A DNA stretch of 64,000 bases from Chlorokybus atmophyticus (taxonomy: Eukaryota > Plantae > Mesostigma and Chlorokybus algae): positions 678,650 to 742,649 of the forward strand of contig RHPI01000193.1 of NCBI GenBank assembly GCA_009103225.1, written 5' to 3'. The notes beneath the pieces were generated by a model. It did no database searches. It saw only the letters and a program-made list of their open reading frames with translations, and was not told the DNA's origin. The translations under genes and the position numbers were made by a program. Below, one piece after another: positions 23,618-37,072 of this stretch. The stretch's first letter is position 1. The number at the start of each line of letters is the position of its first letter.

Positions 23618-25767
23618 ATAGTGTGGGTGATGCGGGTATGTATGTGTAAATAGTGTGTCTTGATTTGCGGGCAGGAGCAGCTGAAGGCTGCTGTAAGTAG
23701 TGCACATTTGTGTTGATGATAGGGAAAGATGAAGACACTGGGGGGGAAACAGAGCGAGTAACTGCTTCACAAACCGTTTGTTGTTGAGTTGCTATCAGTC
23801 TAGTTTGGTTCAGTACTGTCACATATGAAATGGTAGTGAAAGCAGAATTATCCCAATTTAGTCTGCTTTCGTGATGGGTAAACCAGCATGACGTCAACGC
23901 TTGTGTAAGACCGCATACAACCTCCTCAGACAAAGCACTGGAGTCCAAGTGTGTCCTGCGTTTTGTGCACATTGCGATAATCTTAAAAGGTGTATGACAG
24001 TTGCCTTTATACGACATGCTGGCTTGCAGCAATGGCACCGTGAGTTGAACTCTCACATGATGGTTGTCACTGCCATCACGTTTTGCCAAATACTGTATGG
24101 TACGCAGGCAATCAAACCGCTGTAGCGTAGGAAACCAGCCACTCGTCGCTATTTCTTCAAACTGTAAATACACATGTACATGGTACAAAGGTCGTATGCC
24201 ACTTATACCGCATGCATGTCACACAAGGCGTACGGAGGTTATAATTTGCAAGAATTTTGTACGTAAGCAATTCATACGGGCATGTCTGCACAGGATCAAC
24301 TGCATGCAGCCAGCGACACGCACCTGCTTGCTGCATACAGGTCCACCGGGCTGAGTTTACCCTCTACCCTACCTCTACTCCTACCGGCCCCTAGCCATGC
24401 ATGCATGCATTCACAGCAGTCCTTGTAACTTGCAAGATATGTACGAAAGAGTTGACTAGAGTGCTGCATATGCTGCAGCTGTGTAGCGTGCTATGCTGCT
24501 CTACCTCACACACGGTCATGCACCCACACCCACGCCAGTATCGACGACGGCAGTTGTGACGATGGCGGAGGGTGGGAGAGCGGTGGCGGGGGGGGTCTCT
24601 GCTGGTCGTCGGTGTGGTCGTCGACGTGGTCCTGTTGAAGACCGATGCTGCTGGTGGTGTGACAGGTAATTGAGTCTGCCTGCATGCAGAGCTAACGGGG
24701 TACGAGCTGTAGTGAAGGCAGGTAGCTAGGTTTGTATAGATAGCCCGGTGGTAATCAAGATTTTGTTAGTCAGTATGTGGATGGCTGGTGCATGTGTCGT
24801 GTGTGTATATAAGGGGTATGGTACGGTGTGTAACATATATGCAATGTTATGCATGTGACCCCATTGCATTGTGAACATGACATGCACAGTGTGTTGGTCA
24901 CATGCACAGCATTGCATATATCATGCACATCACGCACATCGCAGCGCACGCACACCACAAACGCCTCAGCACCACGTCCCCCGTCACGTGCAGCGTCACG
25001 CCGTCATCCTCATCATCAGGAAGCCGCCCTTCCGTCCATTCATAAGAAGCAAACGCATTTGAAGTCGCAGCAATGCAAACAGTCCTTCTTGCATCTTTTG
25101 TACACTTCATGCATATTGACAATTCAACTGAACGCAACTCGCACACTGCGCGCATGGCCGATGCGCGCAGTGTGCACGCATGCCGCATGCGTGCACAAAC
25201 TAGCACACTCGATTGTTGTACAGATATTCACTTGCATACATCCTAGATGCCTTAAACCTTGTACCTACGCACGCACATTTGCATGTAGGCTATAAGCCTT
25301 GAGCCTTCTGATAATGCTGATGTTGATGGTGGCATGCTGTGATTGTTGGCAATGATGGTAAATTGCATGCATGTTATGTGCAAGCATGAGACAATGAACT
25401 GCACATATGCAACGCCATGCTAGCATGCGTAGCTGCCTACCCAATACACAAACACACACCCACTTATATGTATACGCAAGTGTACAGGGTTGGGTTGCCA
25501 GTATGGTGCCGGCAGTACCGCTACTATACCTGGTCACGCACGCCATACCGTCCCACAGGCACTCACACAGCTATACGGTCTCTTGCACATAGCCACAGCT
25601 CCGCACTACACACCGCACACACGGGCACTCACAGTCCTCTCCCCCCTCCCCCACCCACTTGGATGCATCTTTTGTAGACACTTTCGCACATACTGAACCA
25701 TCCTAGCTGACAGCCTAAAAGGATGTTTATGGCGAAGTTCTTTGGTCAGCCCGGACCGGAGTAGAAG

Positions 25768-27087
25768 TTACTTTCCGTGCTTGCCATATCCGTGACCGGA
25801 ACTAGCAGGAATGGGAGGAGCGCGTGCGGGACCTAGAGCAGGGGCAGGACCGTGACCAATCTGTGGCGGGAGGACGATGAACCAGAAGCGCAAGCCGGCG
25901 GGGCAGTGTCCTGCATATAGAGAGAAAGGTGGTGTTGTTAAGTTTCAGCTAGTTTCAGCTGTTAGATGCAATACTCATGGTGTAATTACAGCTGCGTGCG
26001 CGTGTCCTGACACAAGAGAGATGCATGTAGCACCTCATGTCTTTTTTACGCATGCAACACGCATGAAAGAGTACAAGAACCTTGATAACAAACAGGACCG
26101 GCACTGCTCAGCAGAGGCAGCATGTGTGTGCGTATGACTGCGCTATAACACAAGCGTACCTGGCACAATGCATGTTACATTCCATTGGCCTCTTGCGGGT
26201 ACAGTCCAGTTGAACTGGAAGGGACTGGTGGCCTGGGATCCTGTCATTGAGCGTGTGTTTGGTATTTGGTTGGCTAAATGTCTCAGCAATAGCATGAGAA
26301 CATGCACTATGTGTGTCGGAAAAGAGACACAATCAGCTGGATAGTTGAATCCTTGTGGTTTTGAGAAATCACAACTACGCCAGGATTTGATTACCAAAAC
26401 TATACTCACCGTTCAGCAGGTTGCCATTTCCAGCATTGCAAAACTCCTGCACCGTTGCATTGCTTTGGGCAAGGAAAACGGTATGCGGGATACCTTATGA
26501 ACACAAGGGTTTGTAAGCGAACAAATGCCTAGCGTCATGCAGATGTTGAGAATCTAGACACAGCACTTGCCAATTACTCAGTGTGCACAGTGTGCTTTTA
26601 CCTGGTGGTTGGTAGTTGAACACAAATATGTCGCCAACGTTGAACGAACCATTCGTATTCGCCCAAGTCTGCCATTGTCAGTACATGTGGATGAGCACAT
26701 GCTTCTGCGTGCTCGCACGCGCGTGTGCACACCGTTTGTACGCGCGTGCGCACACCTTTTGTTGTTGTGCGGGTGCTTGTAAATGTGGATTTCTGCGTGC
26801 ATGCGTGTGTGTGGGGGGGCATGTGCATGCGTGCTTATGTGTATATGCGTCTGCGTGCCTGCAACCACTGCCCACCATGACAAGTTGCAAAAAGCAACTT
26901 TTATCATGCGCCATCAACACACCTGGTAGTCTGGTTCAGGGTTGATGAGTGCCCAGCCAGAATTGTCCGGACCGACGACCACCACCCGAGCAGCCGCGCC
27001 GGGAGGATGCATCAACAGGAGAAAGAGGCTCACTACTGTCGTTGTGAGCACAGCAAGGCCGCAGCCAAGCAATGGAGACTGCTTCAT
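25768..27087 (-). CDS. Phytocyanin (plantacyanin-like blue copper protein), secreted, 5 exons, 179 aa
   Basis: Exons 27087-26923, 26668-26602, 26493-26410, 26240-26160, 25910-25768 (540 nt). Signal peptide; VVVGPDNSGW; TWANTNGSFNVGDIFVFNY; PHTV (His); TCIVPGHCPAGLRF (Cys, His, axial Leu); disulfide pair FCN/GHC; short Pro-rich basic tail ending GHGYGKHGK*. Confidence 0.88.
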
Positions 27088-28995
27088 GGCTGCGGAGAAG
27101 GTGGCAACAAACAGTCGGACAGGAACAGAGACACACAGACTACGGGCGTTGTGTGCGTAGTGCACGCACACCTGCATGCATGCCAAGGGAGCCAAGTTTA
27201 CATGTTATAACACGCTTGCGGAGCAGCCAGCTAGTGTTTCCAGCTAGGCTAGCAGCTACTTCGATGGCGGCATTTGCTGTGGGATGTTGCTAGCTAGCAG
27301 TCGTACTGCTGTAAACCTTGTCGCAAGGCGGGGTCCCCAGTCCAGAGCAGGGTAACAGCGTGCTCAATGGCACGTCTTTGGCTTGGCTCAGACACAAAGC
27401 ATACTGTTGATGACCACTCGCAGTTACACAAGGAAACAGGCCTGTCTCCATGTCACAAGTGAAGCTGCCTTGCCACGGTAGCAAGGCAGCTTAACTTGCA
27501 AGCTTAACACACAACCAGCGTTACTGGACATTGTGTGCTTTCACGTGCACAAGGAAGGTTTGCACAAGGAACCATAACTGCAACAATGGTTGCGACCTGG
27601 AGACCTAGAGGCACATGCATGCATGGATGCGCTGGTCAGCAACTTTGCTTAGATAAGGGGAAGGCAGCTAAGGATCTGCGAGCTGGCACCAATGCAACGA
27701 GTGCTTGACAGACTGCAGCTGAAGCCACATGCGACATCGCAAGCAAGCTCACCTGATTTTCCTTCTCTGCCGCGCCCCCAAAACAGTCGCTACCTGCCGC
27801 CTCCTTCACCTAAAGCTCAGCTTAGCTCAGCGCTGAGCTAGCTTGAACGACAGTGCAAGCAGCATGCATTTAAGGCACCGAATGCATGCATTTAGACTGT
27901 TAACTCTATCGTCTTAACAACCTTAGCGCGCTCGTAAATCGCCTGCATTAAGTGCCCTAGTTGATGTGAAAGCTACAGTCACCACAGTTCTGTGCTCAGC
28001 TTTGCTGTGCTTTGCCCTTACTTGCCAGTGACCTTGACGTGAGTCTGCGATGGGTCTCGCCTTGGAGGCGGCTGCGCTGGCTTCCTTGATTGATGTGAAA
28101 GCTCAACTCAGCACAGCTGGACGCAGCTTTGCTTTGGCATACTTGCCAGTGCCAGTGGCTGTGACGTGGAACAGGGTGAGCGGAGCATGTGTGTGTTCAC
28201 GCCTTGGAAGCGGCTGGTGCTGTTTTCTTGAGATTGGCAGAGAATATGAAGCTTGAGGCGAGCAGTCAATTGGGCTTGAGCCACAGACCCTACAGCTGTC
28301 TGGTTGCCGGCTCAGATCGCACTCAGCGAAGCTGCACAGAAGCATGCATGCATGCGCTTGGCAAGTATTCGCTCAAGATGCTGCGTTACAACCAGTGTTG
28401 CAAGATTGTGTCGGCAGCGTCCTACACTGCAAACAGCATTAATGCTGTCCGTATATGCGTGCAAGCCACGCTAGCGTTCCTAACGCGCTTTGTGCAGAGC
28501 TGCCAGTGTGTTACTGCGTGTGCCTAGGCAATGCGAGTGGTGTAATTAGGCTGTAGTTGTGTATGCTTTTCCTTGTACGTTGTGTGTGGCTTGCACGTGT
28601 GTGGTTTTGCGCATGTGCGAGAGATATAAGTTCTGCATGCTATTAGTGGGTGTCTGGTGGCAAGAGGGGTACCTAAAGCTAAAAGGGGAATACTAGAGGC
28701 TGCATTTATGGATGCATGCGTGCATACAAGTAGCTTGTTGGGACATACAGAGGGTAAGCTAAATAGGAGGAAAGAACAGAGGGAGGATCTGTTGTGTTTG
28801 TGTCAGGTTGGGTTTCAACTTGGAATAATCCTGAGCTTTGGTAAGTAATGTTTCTACAGTGGTTGTCTCACCTGTTCCCACCCCCCAAAAACACGCACAA
28901 AACATTTACATGGACGCTGACATCCATGCCCACGCCCACGCGCGCGTGCACACGTTCCTTGTGCAGATAGTGACACGAACATACAGTCCAACGCA

Positions 28996-31571
28996 ATGAA
29001 GAAGGAGTCCTTCTTCCGGCTCAAGTACTGGCCGCGCCTGGGCTCCGTGCGCGGCGATCTCTCGGGCCCCAACAAGATCCGCACCATCATCTCTGAGTTC
29101 ATGTGCACCCTCATACTGGGTAAGAGATATATGTGGGTGCGTGCCTGCGTGTGTGCGTGTGTGCATGTGTGAGTTCATGCAAGCACGCGCACATTTGGCT
29201 GCGGGTGCACTGTGTGTGCCACATATACTGTGTGCGCGTATGCATGTGAGTGCTTGACACGTACACGCTGTGTCGTGTCACAAGGAGCATGTGTGCATGC
29301 GTGTGTGCACGCGCACACATGCTGGTGTCTTGTTTGCTCACTCGAGTTCTGCAAACTCACATGCCAATCTCCAGTCCTTTTCGGCACGGGAGCTGTCATT
29401 GCAACGGGTCTTCCCGCATCCCATGGCAGCGGCGCTGGCACGGACGCCTTGCCTGCCGTGATCGATGCCGCGCGCACTGTTGCCATTTCTCTCTCCTTTG
29501 GCCTGGTGAGTGCACACATGTTGATAACAGGGAAACCTTCCCTATGTTCCCTGACTATGTTGAACGTAGTTGGACTATGTTGGTTTGTCGCGCCGACACA
29601 ATCAACCAGTGCAATGGCAAGCTCTCACTTGTTTGGTCGCCATGGCTTCAAGCGTGTCAGGCGGATGCCACGCCAATCCTGCTGTCACCACCGCATTCTT
29701 TATGTCGGTTGTACAATTTGGTTGTCGGTGTTGATGATACGCTATCTGTCAAGCATTCAGCACATCCCCAACATATGTTTCTCTATTTGCAGGGTACGTA
29801 CCAGTGATACAGGCGGTAGAATACGTGCTCGCGCAGCTTCGGGGAGCCCTGTGTGCATCGCTCCTGCCCAAAGCAGCCGTACGCGCGCCGGTGTGCATGT
29901 GTGTAGATGTGATTGTGGGCATCTGCGCGCGCATATGCATACATGTGCGTGTATGTACGTGTTTGTACGTGTATACGCATGCGTTCACGCATAGGCATGC
30001 ACATGCGCATGTGTGCCTGTCGTATGCCTAAGTGTGCGCACTTACACGCACATGTGTCTGTGTGTGCTCACTTGCACGCATATGTGCATCTGTACACGCC
30101 TGCGAGCCTGCCTACCTGTCTGTGTGTGCTTGTGAGTGCATGTGTGTGTCTGCTCACTTTCGTGCATGCACATGTACATGCCTGTATCACAATCGGCTAA
30201 TCCAAGCAAGATAGTGGCCCTCTGTCTCAACTACCTCACGTCCCTCCTATTTCAGTGGCGGCAATCCCTTGGAGCCAACGCTGTCCACGGCGGACTGAGC
30301 GCCTGGAACGCGTTTGAGGTCGAAACCGTCGTCGCATTCTTTACCGTGCTTGGTAAGGAGTAGGGAATCTTGTTTTGTGCTGCCAAGTGCAAGGCGCTGT
30401 ATATTTGATGCACATGTACGCACACGCACACATACGCAGTCACACTTAAACTCCCATAAACACACACTTTCACACTCACACGCACAATCTACAAGAGTGT
30501 AAGCGTGAGCCATCTTACCTGCACGCACACTGTTAACAGTGATAATGCAGGTCATGCACGCACGATTTTACTCTTTCAGACTTGTTATCTCTGTCTCTTA
30601 GTATTTCTCTCACTTACTCGCAAACACACATTTGCACACTGTGGCATGCGTACATGCGCACACTCACGCACACACTCACACACACTAGTCATCCTCGGCA
30701 CCGCGTGCGCTCCCACCGACCGCCACCAGAGCGCCTTGGCTCCGGTCTCGATCGGCTTTGCGCTCGCGGCGGGAAATCTCTTACTGATCGCCTTTGATGG
30801 CGCCAGCATCACTCCCCGCGCGAAGCTTTGGACCGGCCGTGGTGGCGGACATGTGGGCACATTACTGGGTGAGTGGGAAGGGTAGGTATGTGTCCGTGTG
30901 CATGTCAAAGCTCAGATGGTGCAGCCAGTCTGCAGCCTGCAGCGCACACGCACAGCGTGCGTGTATGCGCATGTAAATGCGAGCGTGTGTGCGCGTGTGT
31001 GTGTGGGCACATGTGTGTGCACACTCGCTTATCACTTGTACACCAATTCACTGAGCAGTCACCTGATCACTTACTTGGCTCTTGTTGCTTTGACAGGTGT
31101 TCTGGAGTGGGCCGTTGTTGGGTTCGTGTTTGGCCTCTCTCGTGTACGCGTTCATGACGACTCCCTCGCACGCCAGAGGCACCATCGACATGGGCGCCAC
31201 AAAGATGAGATAACAAGGCAACCTTTGGTTGCGTAACCAGAACATTCTCACGTGTTCACATCTCTGTGGTTGTGCACAGGTATAAGTGCACAGGCATGCA
31301 CATGTGCACGCGGCACAAATGTGCGTCTGGGCGCATGTGCATGTTGTGTGCATGTCGTGCAACAGATGTTGCTTACAATATGTTTACTGCAGGCACCTCC
31401 GATTGACAAAAAGGGCAGTCGATAGAAGAGGGCACACCCACCAATGGCAACAACAACAGTCACGCTGAGGTTTATCACACGGCTGAAGGGTTGCACCGTG
31501 TTGCGGCCGGGTCGCAGCCGCGCAAACAGGGCTTGCTTGGATGCACTGTCGTGACAAACATCAATGTGTAG
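28996..31571 (+). pseudogene. Aquaporin copy 3, probable pseudogene
   Basis: Exon-by-exon paralogue of copies 1 and 2. +1 frameshift at the second NPA, which reads T-P (atcactccccgcgcgaagc, 30808-30826); damaged acceptor and donor around exon 3; exon 7 donor GT->AT (aaag|atgag). Confidence 0.85.
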
Positions 31572-34453
31572 ATCGTGTGTTGTTTTCTGTGCGGGTTTGC
31601 ATCTGTAAATAGTGTATACATGTGGTGGCTTGCAGTCAGGAGCAGCTGAAGGTTGTTGTAGTTTTCAGATCTTCAGAGTATAATCGTGTGCAGAAGGAAA
31701 ATAAGAACATGGAAGTTGCTTAGTAGACACGTTAATACAATACTATTAATAGTCTGTTTTAGACACTGTCCCAGTTACGTGGAGTGTAATGTGGTGATAA
31801 CTTGATGCCAGCATAGGTTGCTGCATGATGGGAGACGAGTATGACATTACAATTCATAAGCTCGCATGTAACTTGCCACACACAGCATTGCAAGATATCA
31901 TGACTTTCCGACAACATGTATGTAGTACTACTACATAATATGCATGTATGTAGCATGCGGCTATCGGTTGGGTACTCTAATAATATCTCCATAATGTGGG
32001 TACTCTATTAATATCTCCATAATATCTCCATCTAATAATGTGCTTCGCAGTTTGTTCTTGTCATTGAAGCTTCTCATAAACTGCTTAAACTGTCCGCTGC
32101 CCATAGCTACTAGCTGAAGCATTGCTATTTATCAACCTGAGGCTACCTAAGGGTCTTAGCTCCAAGTCCTAGCGGTCTTAATTGAAGGGTCTGACTTCAA
32201 AATGGTCGTAAGTATTCCCATGCGCGCGGTGCTTACCTTTGCCTTGGCCCCGTAACTCATGCTTATCGTTGTGCATGCTTGCATGGCTTAATACTATCAT
32301 GATCATGATTGGCTATGCCTACAATACAATATTCTAAGATGCCATCATTTCGTTTGCGCACAAAGCCAGAACCCAATAGTTTATGTTGCAGTAAAAACCA
32401 ATGCTGTTCACTACAACTTAAGAATGTAACTCTTACTCGAATCTGATACAGCAGGCTGTAACCACTCCGTCGTACAAGTTGCGCATTTATATGCAACCAT
32501 CCCCATCTAAAAAGCCAGCTATGTAAGCAAGTTCACTCTCCTTAATTATATTCATATTTATTTTACTAATCTTCCCTCGGTATTACTATTTGGCTTTTTT
32601 ATTCTTAAATGTCAAATCTTTCAAATGCAATGCAACGCATTTAATAAGACTCGGCAATTATGAATCGTCAATTGTGCCGTGCGTTTGAAGCACTGAAATT
32701 GCAATTATTGCTGTAAATTACAATAATCACTTGTAGCATAATAACGAATGCATCCACCGTTCCTAACCAATCTGAAACGTTTTGTATATTGTAGATAAGC
32801 AACTCGTATTCTTTTGTTGTTACTTAAATCAACATGTATTGAGTGTTTACGAGAAATAATGATGCAATGACAATTGATTGCAGTTTATACAAATAATAAT
32901 ATCACAATACGGGATGGATATACCCTTATGATACATAATTGCATGTAACACGCAATTGTTGTGCAGGTTTCCATATTAAATTGCGTCAACAACGACGTTA
33001 TTACAACTACAATAAAACAAACATGCAGCACTTACAATTTGTGAATATCAAAAGGATGATTATTGATAATAAGAGCAAGTACAATATCTAATTTAACAGC
33101 ATACTCATAGGTATATTGTAACATATCAATGTGTAAAAAGGTGCGTTATGGTTCATGAAAAGAAAATGTCAATTTGGTACATGCTGTAAAGTGTCCTGCA
33201 AGTGTATGACCAACACGAGTTATGTATTATAACAGTATACATATGCTTTGATTCACGCGCGGCCGAAACAATAACACATCACATTTCTTCAGTTGAAGGA
33301 TTTATGTCGTTTTCCTCGCTACTATTGCTGAATACGCCTTGTCTACCATCAAATACTGAACATACTTGAACATTGGACACATTTCACACACAAATAATCA
33401 TGAAACACACATTTCACACTCATTGTTGGTAGCTTTTCAGCTTATAGCCTTCCTCAGTGGTACTGCCGCGTGCATCATGCGATCGCAGGCGCAGACTCTG
33501 CGGTATAACGCGGTTCAAACGCGTATCACGCTGTTCGTTACAAATCTGTTCCGTCCTCGACACCGTTTGGTCGACGCGGCAATCCGCGTGCGCTTGTAAG
33601 TATAGGCCCAACGGGTGGGTCGTGCTGATCCGCAAAGTCTAGACCGGGTGTTGCTTGTTGACCCGGAAGCAGGGCGGGAAGATAACTGTGCCACTCGCAG
33701 CACGATGTGCGTTGACTCGACACCGACGACGCTCGTCCTCATCAGCTTGCGTCCCGTCGTCAGTGTCTATACCACTGCGCCCCTTGTCGTTACGCACAGA
33801 GGATCCACCGTGGCGGTGCTGGCGCTCAGCGCGTCAGGTCAATAGCTGCCACGGAGGCGGTCTTATCGACACGCGTAACCGGCTGCAGTCAGGTCGGTTG
33901 AGTTCTTGGCACCGGCTTTGGACAGCCGATTCCGCCTGTGTGCAGGCAGAAAGCGTCTGAGGACCTGCCTCTGACCATAGGCACGCTTGTAAGACCCAGA
34001 GCCCACGTCACCGTGACTGAGCACCAACCTCGGTTAGCGGACGCACGCGCGGAGGCAACCGACGCTTCGCGGCAGCACAGTTATACGCGTGCTGGTGGCT
34101 TTTTGGGTATCAACTGTATTGGCGCGGCGCCTCTTTTGGTATGAGCCCCTTTTGGTATGAGGGGGCCCTTTTTGTTACCAGGCGGCCCCCTTATGACGCC
34201 TAACGTCGTCAGCGAACGTGTCTAACCGGGTTCGGTCAGAAACAAACCACAAGGGGCCGCGAGCATACGACACAGCGGCATGCGTTGCAGTCATGGATGA
34301 GTATGCCGATGTGGCAAAGGTGGCAAGGGGCGAGACGCACTCCCATCTCATGCTCATCCGCATTCTGGGCGGAGAGGATCGGCACGCAGTTGACGAACGT
34401 TAGTTTCTTAGCTAGGGGCGCAGCGCACTTGGCTCACAGGCTCCGCATGGCTC

Positions 34454-37072
34454 ATGGCTATTAGGGGGTGCTGGGCAGGCAGGCAGAGGTCAGTGTTGTC
34501 GTCGGCGTCGTCGGCGTCGGGGTTGTCGTCCTCATCGTCTGTGCAAAGGGAGGGAGGCGGTGTCCTATGCTTCCCCTCGCGGGGCTCAGCGAAGAGGCAG
34601 GCGCGATCAGCTGTGACGAACCCCCCGAGGTGCTGTAACACCGGCGCTGAAGAGCGCGTTGTGCTGAGGGCTTCTTCATCCAAGGTGAAGGCAGGCGGGC
34701 ACTACAGGCTTGAGCGGGAGCAGCAGCTGCAAGCAGTGTCGCACAAGCGGCGCCAGCATACCAACAACATGACGGCTAGCAGCAACCAGAACCAAAGCAG
34801 CACCAGCAACTCTGTCCTCACTGCCCACTCCATGGACCTCAGCAAATACGGCATACGCTGCAAAAATGTCATGCGCAACCCCTGCGCTGGGAGGTGAGCC
34901 CGACTTGCACTGGTGCAATGTGTTGATGTTAGCCTGTTACTGTCTTGGCTATTGTGAGATTGAGGTGCTCGAGCAGATTTGCTTATGTTTTGCCTGTTTT
35001 CTGCAGCTTGTTAGTATAATTTTCGCATCGAGTCTTTGCTAGGTTGTGGTGCAATCTTTGTCATTATTGTACTCTGGGTTCAGTGTGGTAGAGATTGTCA
35101 GCTACTGAGCTTGGGTCTGACTTCACTGGTTGCTAGACTGTACGAGGATGCGCTGCGCTACGATGGTGCCAGCGTCACCTCTACTGGAGCCTTGGCAACA
35201 CTGTCATTTGCAAAGACTGGACGCAGTCCCAAGGACAAGCGCATTGTTGATCACCCCGAGAGCCACGACGACATCTGGTAAGTTGTAGTCAGGAGCTGAC
35301 GCCAGCTTATCAGGTCTCTGCAGCCCCATGTTGTCCTGCAAGTATTGGAACCAAGTGCTCACAGCACTTGGCTTGTGCAGGTGGGGGAATGTCAACATTC
35401 CGCTTGGCGATGAGTCTTTCCAAGTGAACAAGCGCAGGGCTTGTGACTACCTTAGCGTTTGCGAGAGGGTGTACGTTATCGATGGCTATGGCGGGTGGGA
35501 TCCTGCCTACCGCGTCAAGGTACTGCGGCGGTACCCAGCAAATTATTTTGCTGGTGTGTAGTGAAGGTTGTGCTTACAGCCTCGCTTGCAGGTCCGCGTC
35601 ATCTCCTCGCGGCCGTACCACGCGCTCTTCATGCAGAACATGATGATTCGTCCAAACCACCAAGAACTAATGGAGGACTTCTCGACTGTAGATTACGTGA
35701 TCTACAATGCTGGCGAATTCTTCGCGGATCCCAGCACCCCTGGCATGACCTCGGAAACCAGTGTCGCACTCAACTTGGAGGCTGGCGAGCTGGTCATCCT
35801 TGGCACACAGTACGCCGGGGAGATGAAGAAGGGCCTCTTTACGATCATGAACTACCTGATGCCCAAGTATGGTGTGCTTTCTATGCACGCCTCCGCCAAT
35901 GAAGATCCCAACACCAAGGACATCGCTGTTTTCTTTGGTCTGTCTGGCACTGGCAAGACCACTCTGTCTGCCGATCCTCGCCGCATGCTGATCGGTGATG
36001 ATGAGATCTGCTGGACGGACACTGGCGTCTTCAACATCGAGGGCGGGTATGAAAGCGTTGTATAGTGAACTAGTTTGTTATCGCTGCTGTGCCATGTGCT
36101 GAACCAAATGTTGCGGTGCTGTGACAGATGTTATGCCAAGTGCATAGACCTGTCCGCTGAGAAGGAGCCTGAGATATTTGGAGCTGTGAAGTTTGGCACT
36201 GTTGTGGAGAATACTGTTCAAGATCCAGACACTGGTATGACAGACTACCACGATACGTCCATCACTGAGAATACCAGGGCCAGCTATCCCATAGAGTTCA
36301 TCCCCAATGCCAAGATTCCCTGCATTGGCGGTCACCCCAAGTAAGCAGTGCTTGCAGCGCGCATTTGCCTGCACTGTGTTGGAACGACACCTGATATTGA
36401 CTTTACTGCAGGAACGTTGTCTTCCTGGCTTGTGATGCCTTTGGTGTGTTGCCGCCTATCAGCAAGTTGACGGCAGAGCAGGCCATGTACCACTTTATCA
36501 GTGGCTACAGTGCCAAGGTTGCTGGCACAGAGGTCGGCGTCACTGAGCCCACTGCCACCTTCTCAGCATGCTTCGGTGCCCCCTTCATGGTCTGGCATCC
36601 AGCTGTGTATGCTGAGCTGCTTGCGAAGAAGATGAAGTTCCATGGTGCCAAGGCCTGGCTGGTGAACACTGGTTGGAGTGGTGGCTCCTATGGTGTTGGC
36701 TCGCGCATGAAGCTGGGCTACACGCGCGCCATTGTCAACGCCATCCATGCCGGTCTGCTGGATGATGTCGAGACTGTCATAGACCCTGTCTTTGGCGTGG
36801 AGGTGCCCACTTCCTGCCCTGGGGTCCCATCGGAGGTTCTCATTCCCCGCAATGCCTGGAAGGACAAGTCCGAGTACCAGCTGACTGCCACCAAGCTGGC
36901 CCGTCTGTTCATTGAGAACTTCCAGCAGTTCGCTGAAGGAGCCAGCTCCGCAGTGCGAGCGGCTGGGCCCAAGGCAGTACTGGAGAGCACATCTCCAAAG
37001 GACATCACCATCCCCAAGAAGTATTATGGCAGCCCGGTTCAGAAACCCATCCACGTCCGCGCTGCTGCGTGA
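34454..37072 (+). CDS. PCK1: Phosphoenolpyruvate carboxykinase (ATP), 6 exons, with N- and C-terminal extensions
   Basis: [24 protein letters not shown]-loop [46 protein letters not shown]. Alternative downstream start ATG 34769. Confidence 0.96.

Noticed and set aside
31740-33450. AT-rich segment as organellar insertion or HGT
   Set aside because: No recognisable organellar gene, tRNA or ORF; composition alone is insufficient.
33450-34400. GC-rich block with short ORFs upstream of PEPCK
   Set aside because: No recognisable domain, stops in all frames, no TIR or TSD found; probably promoter or an old element remnant.
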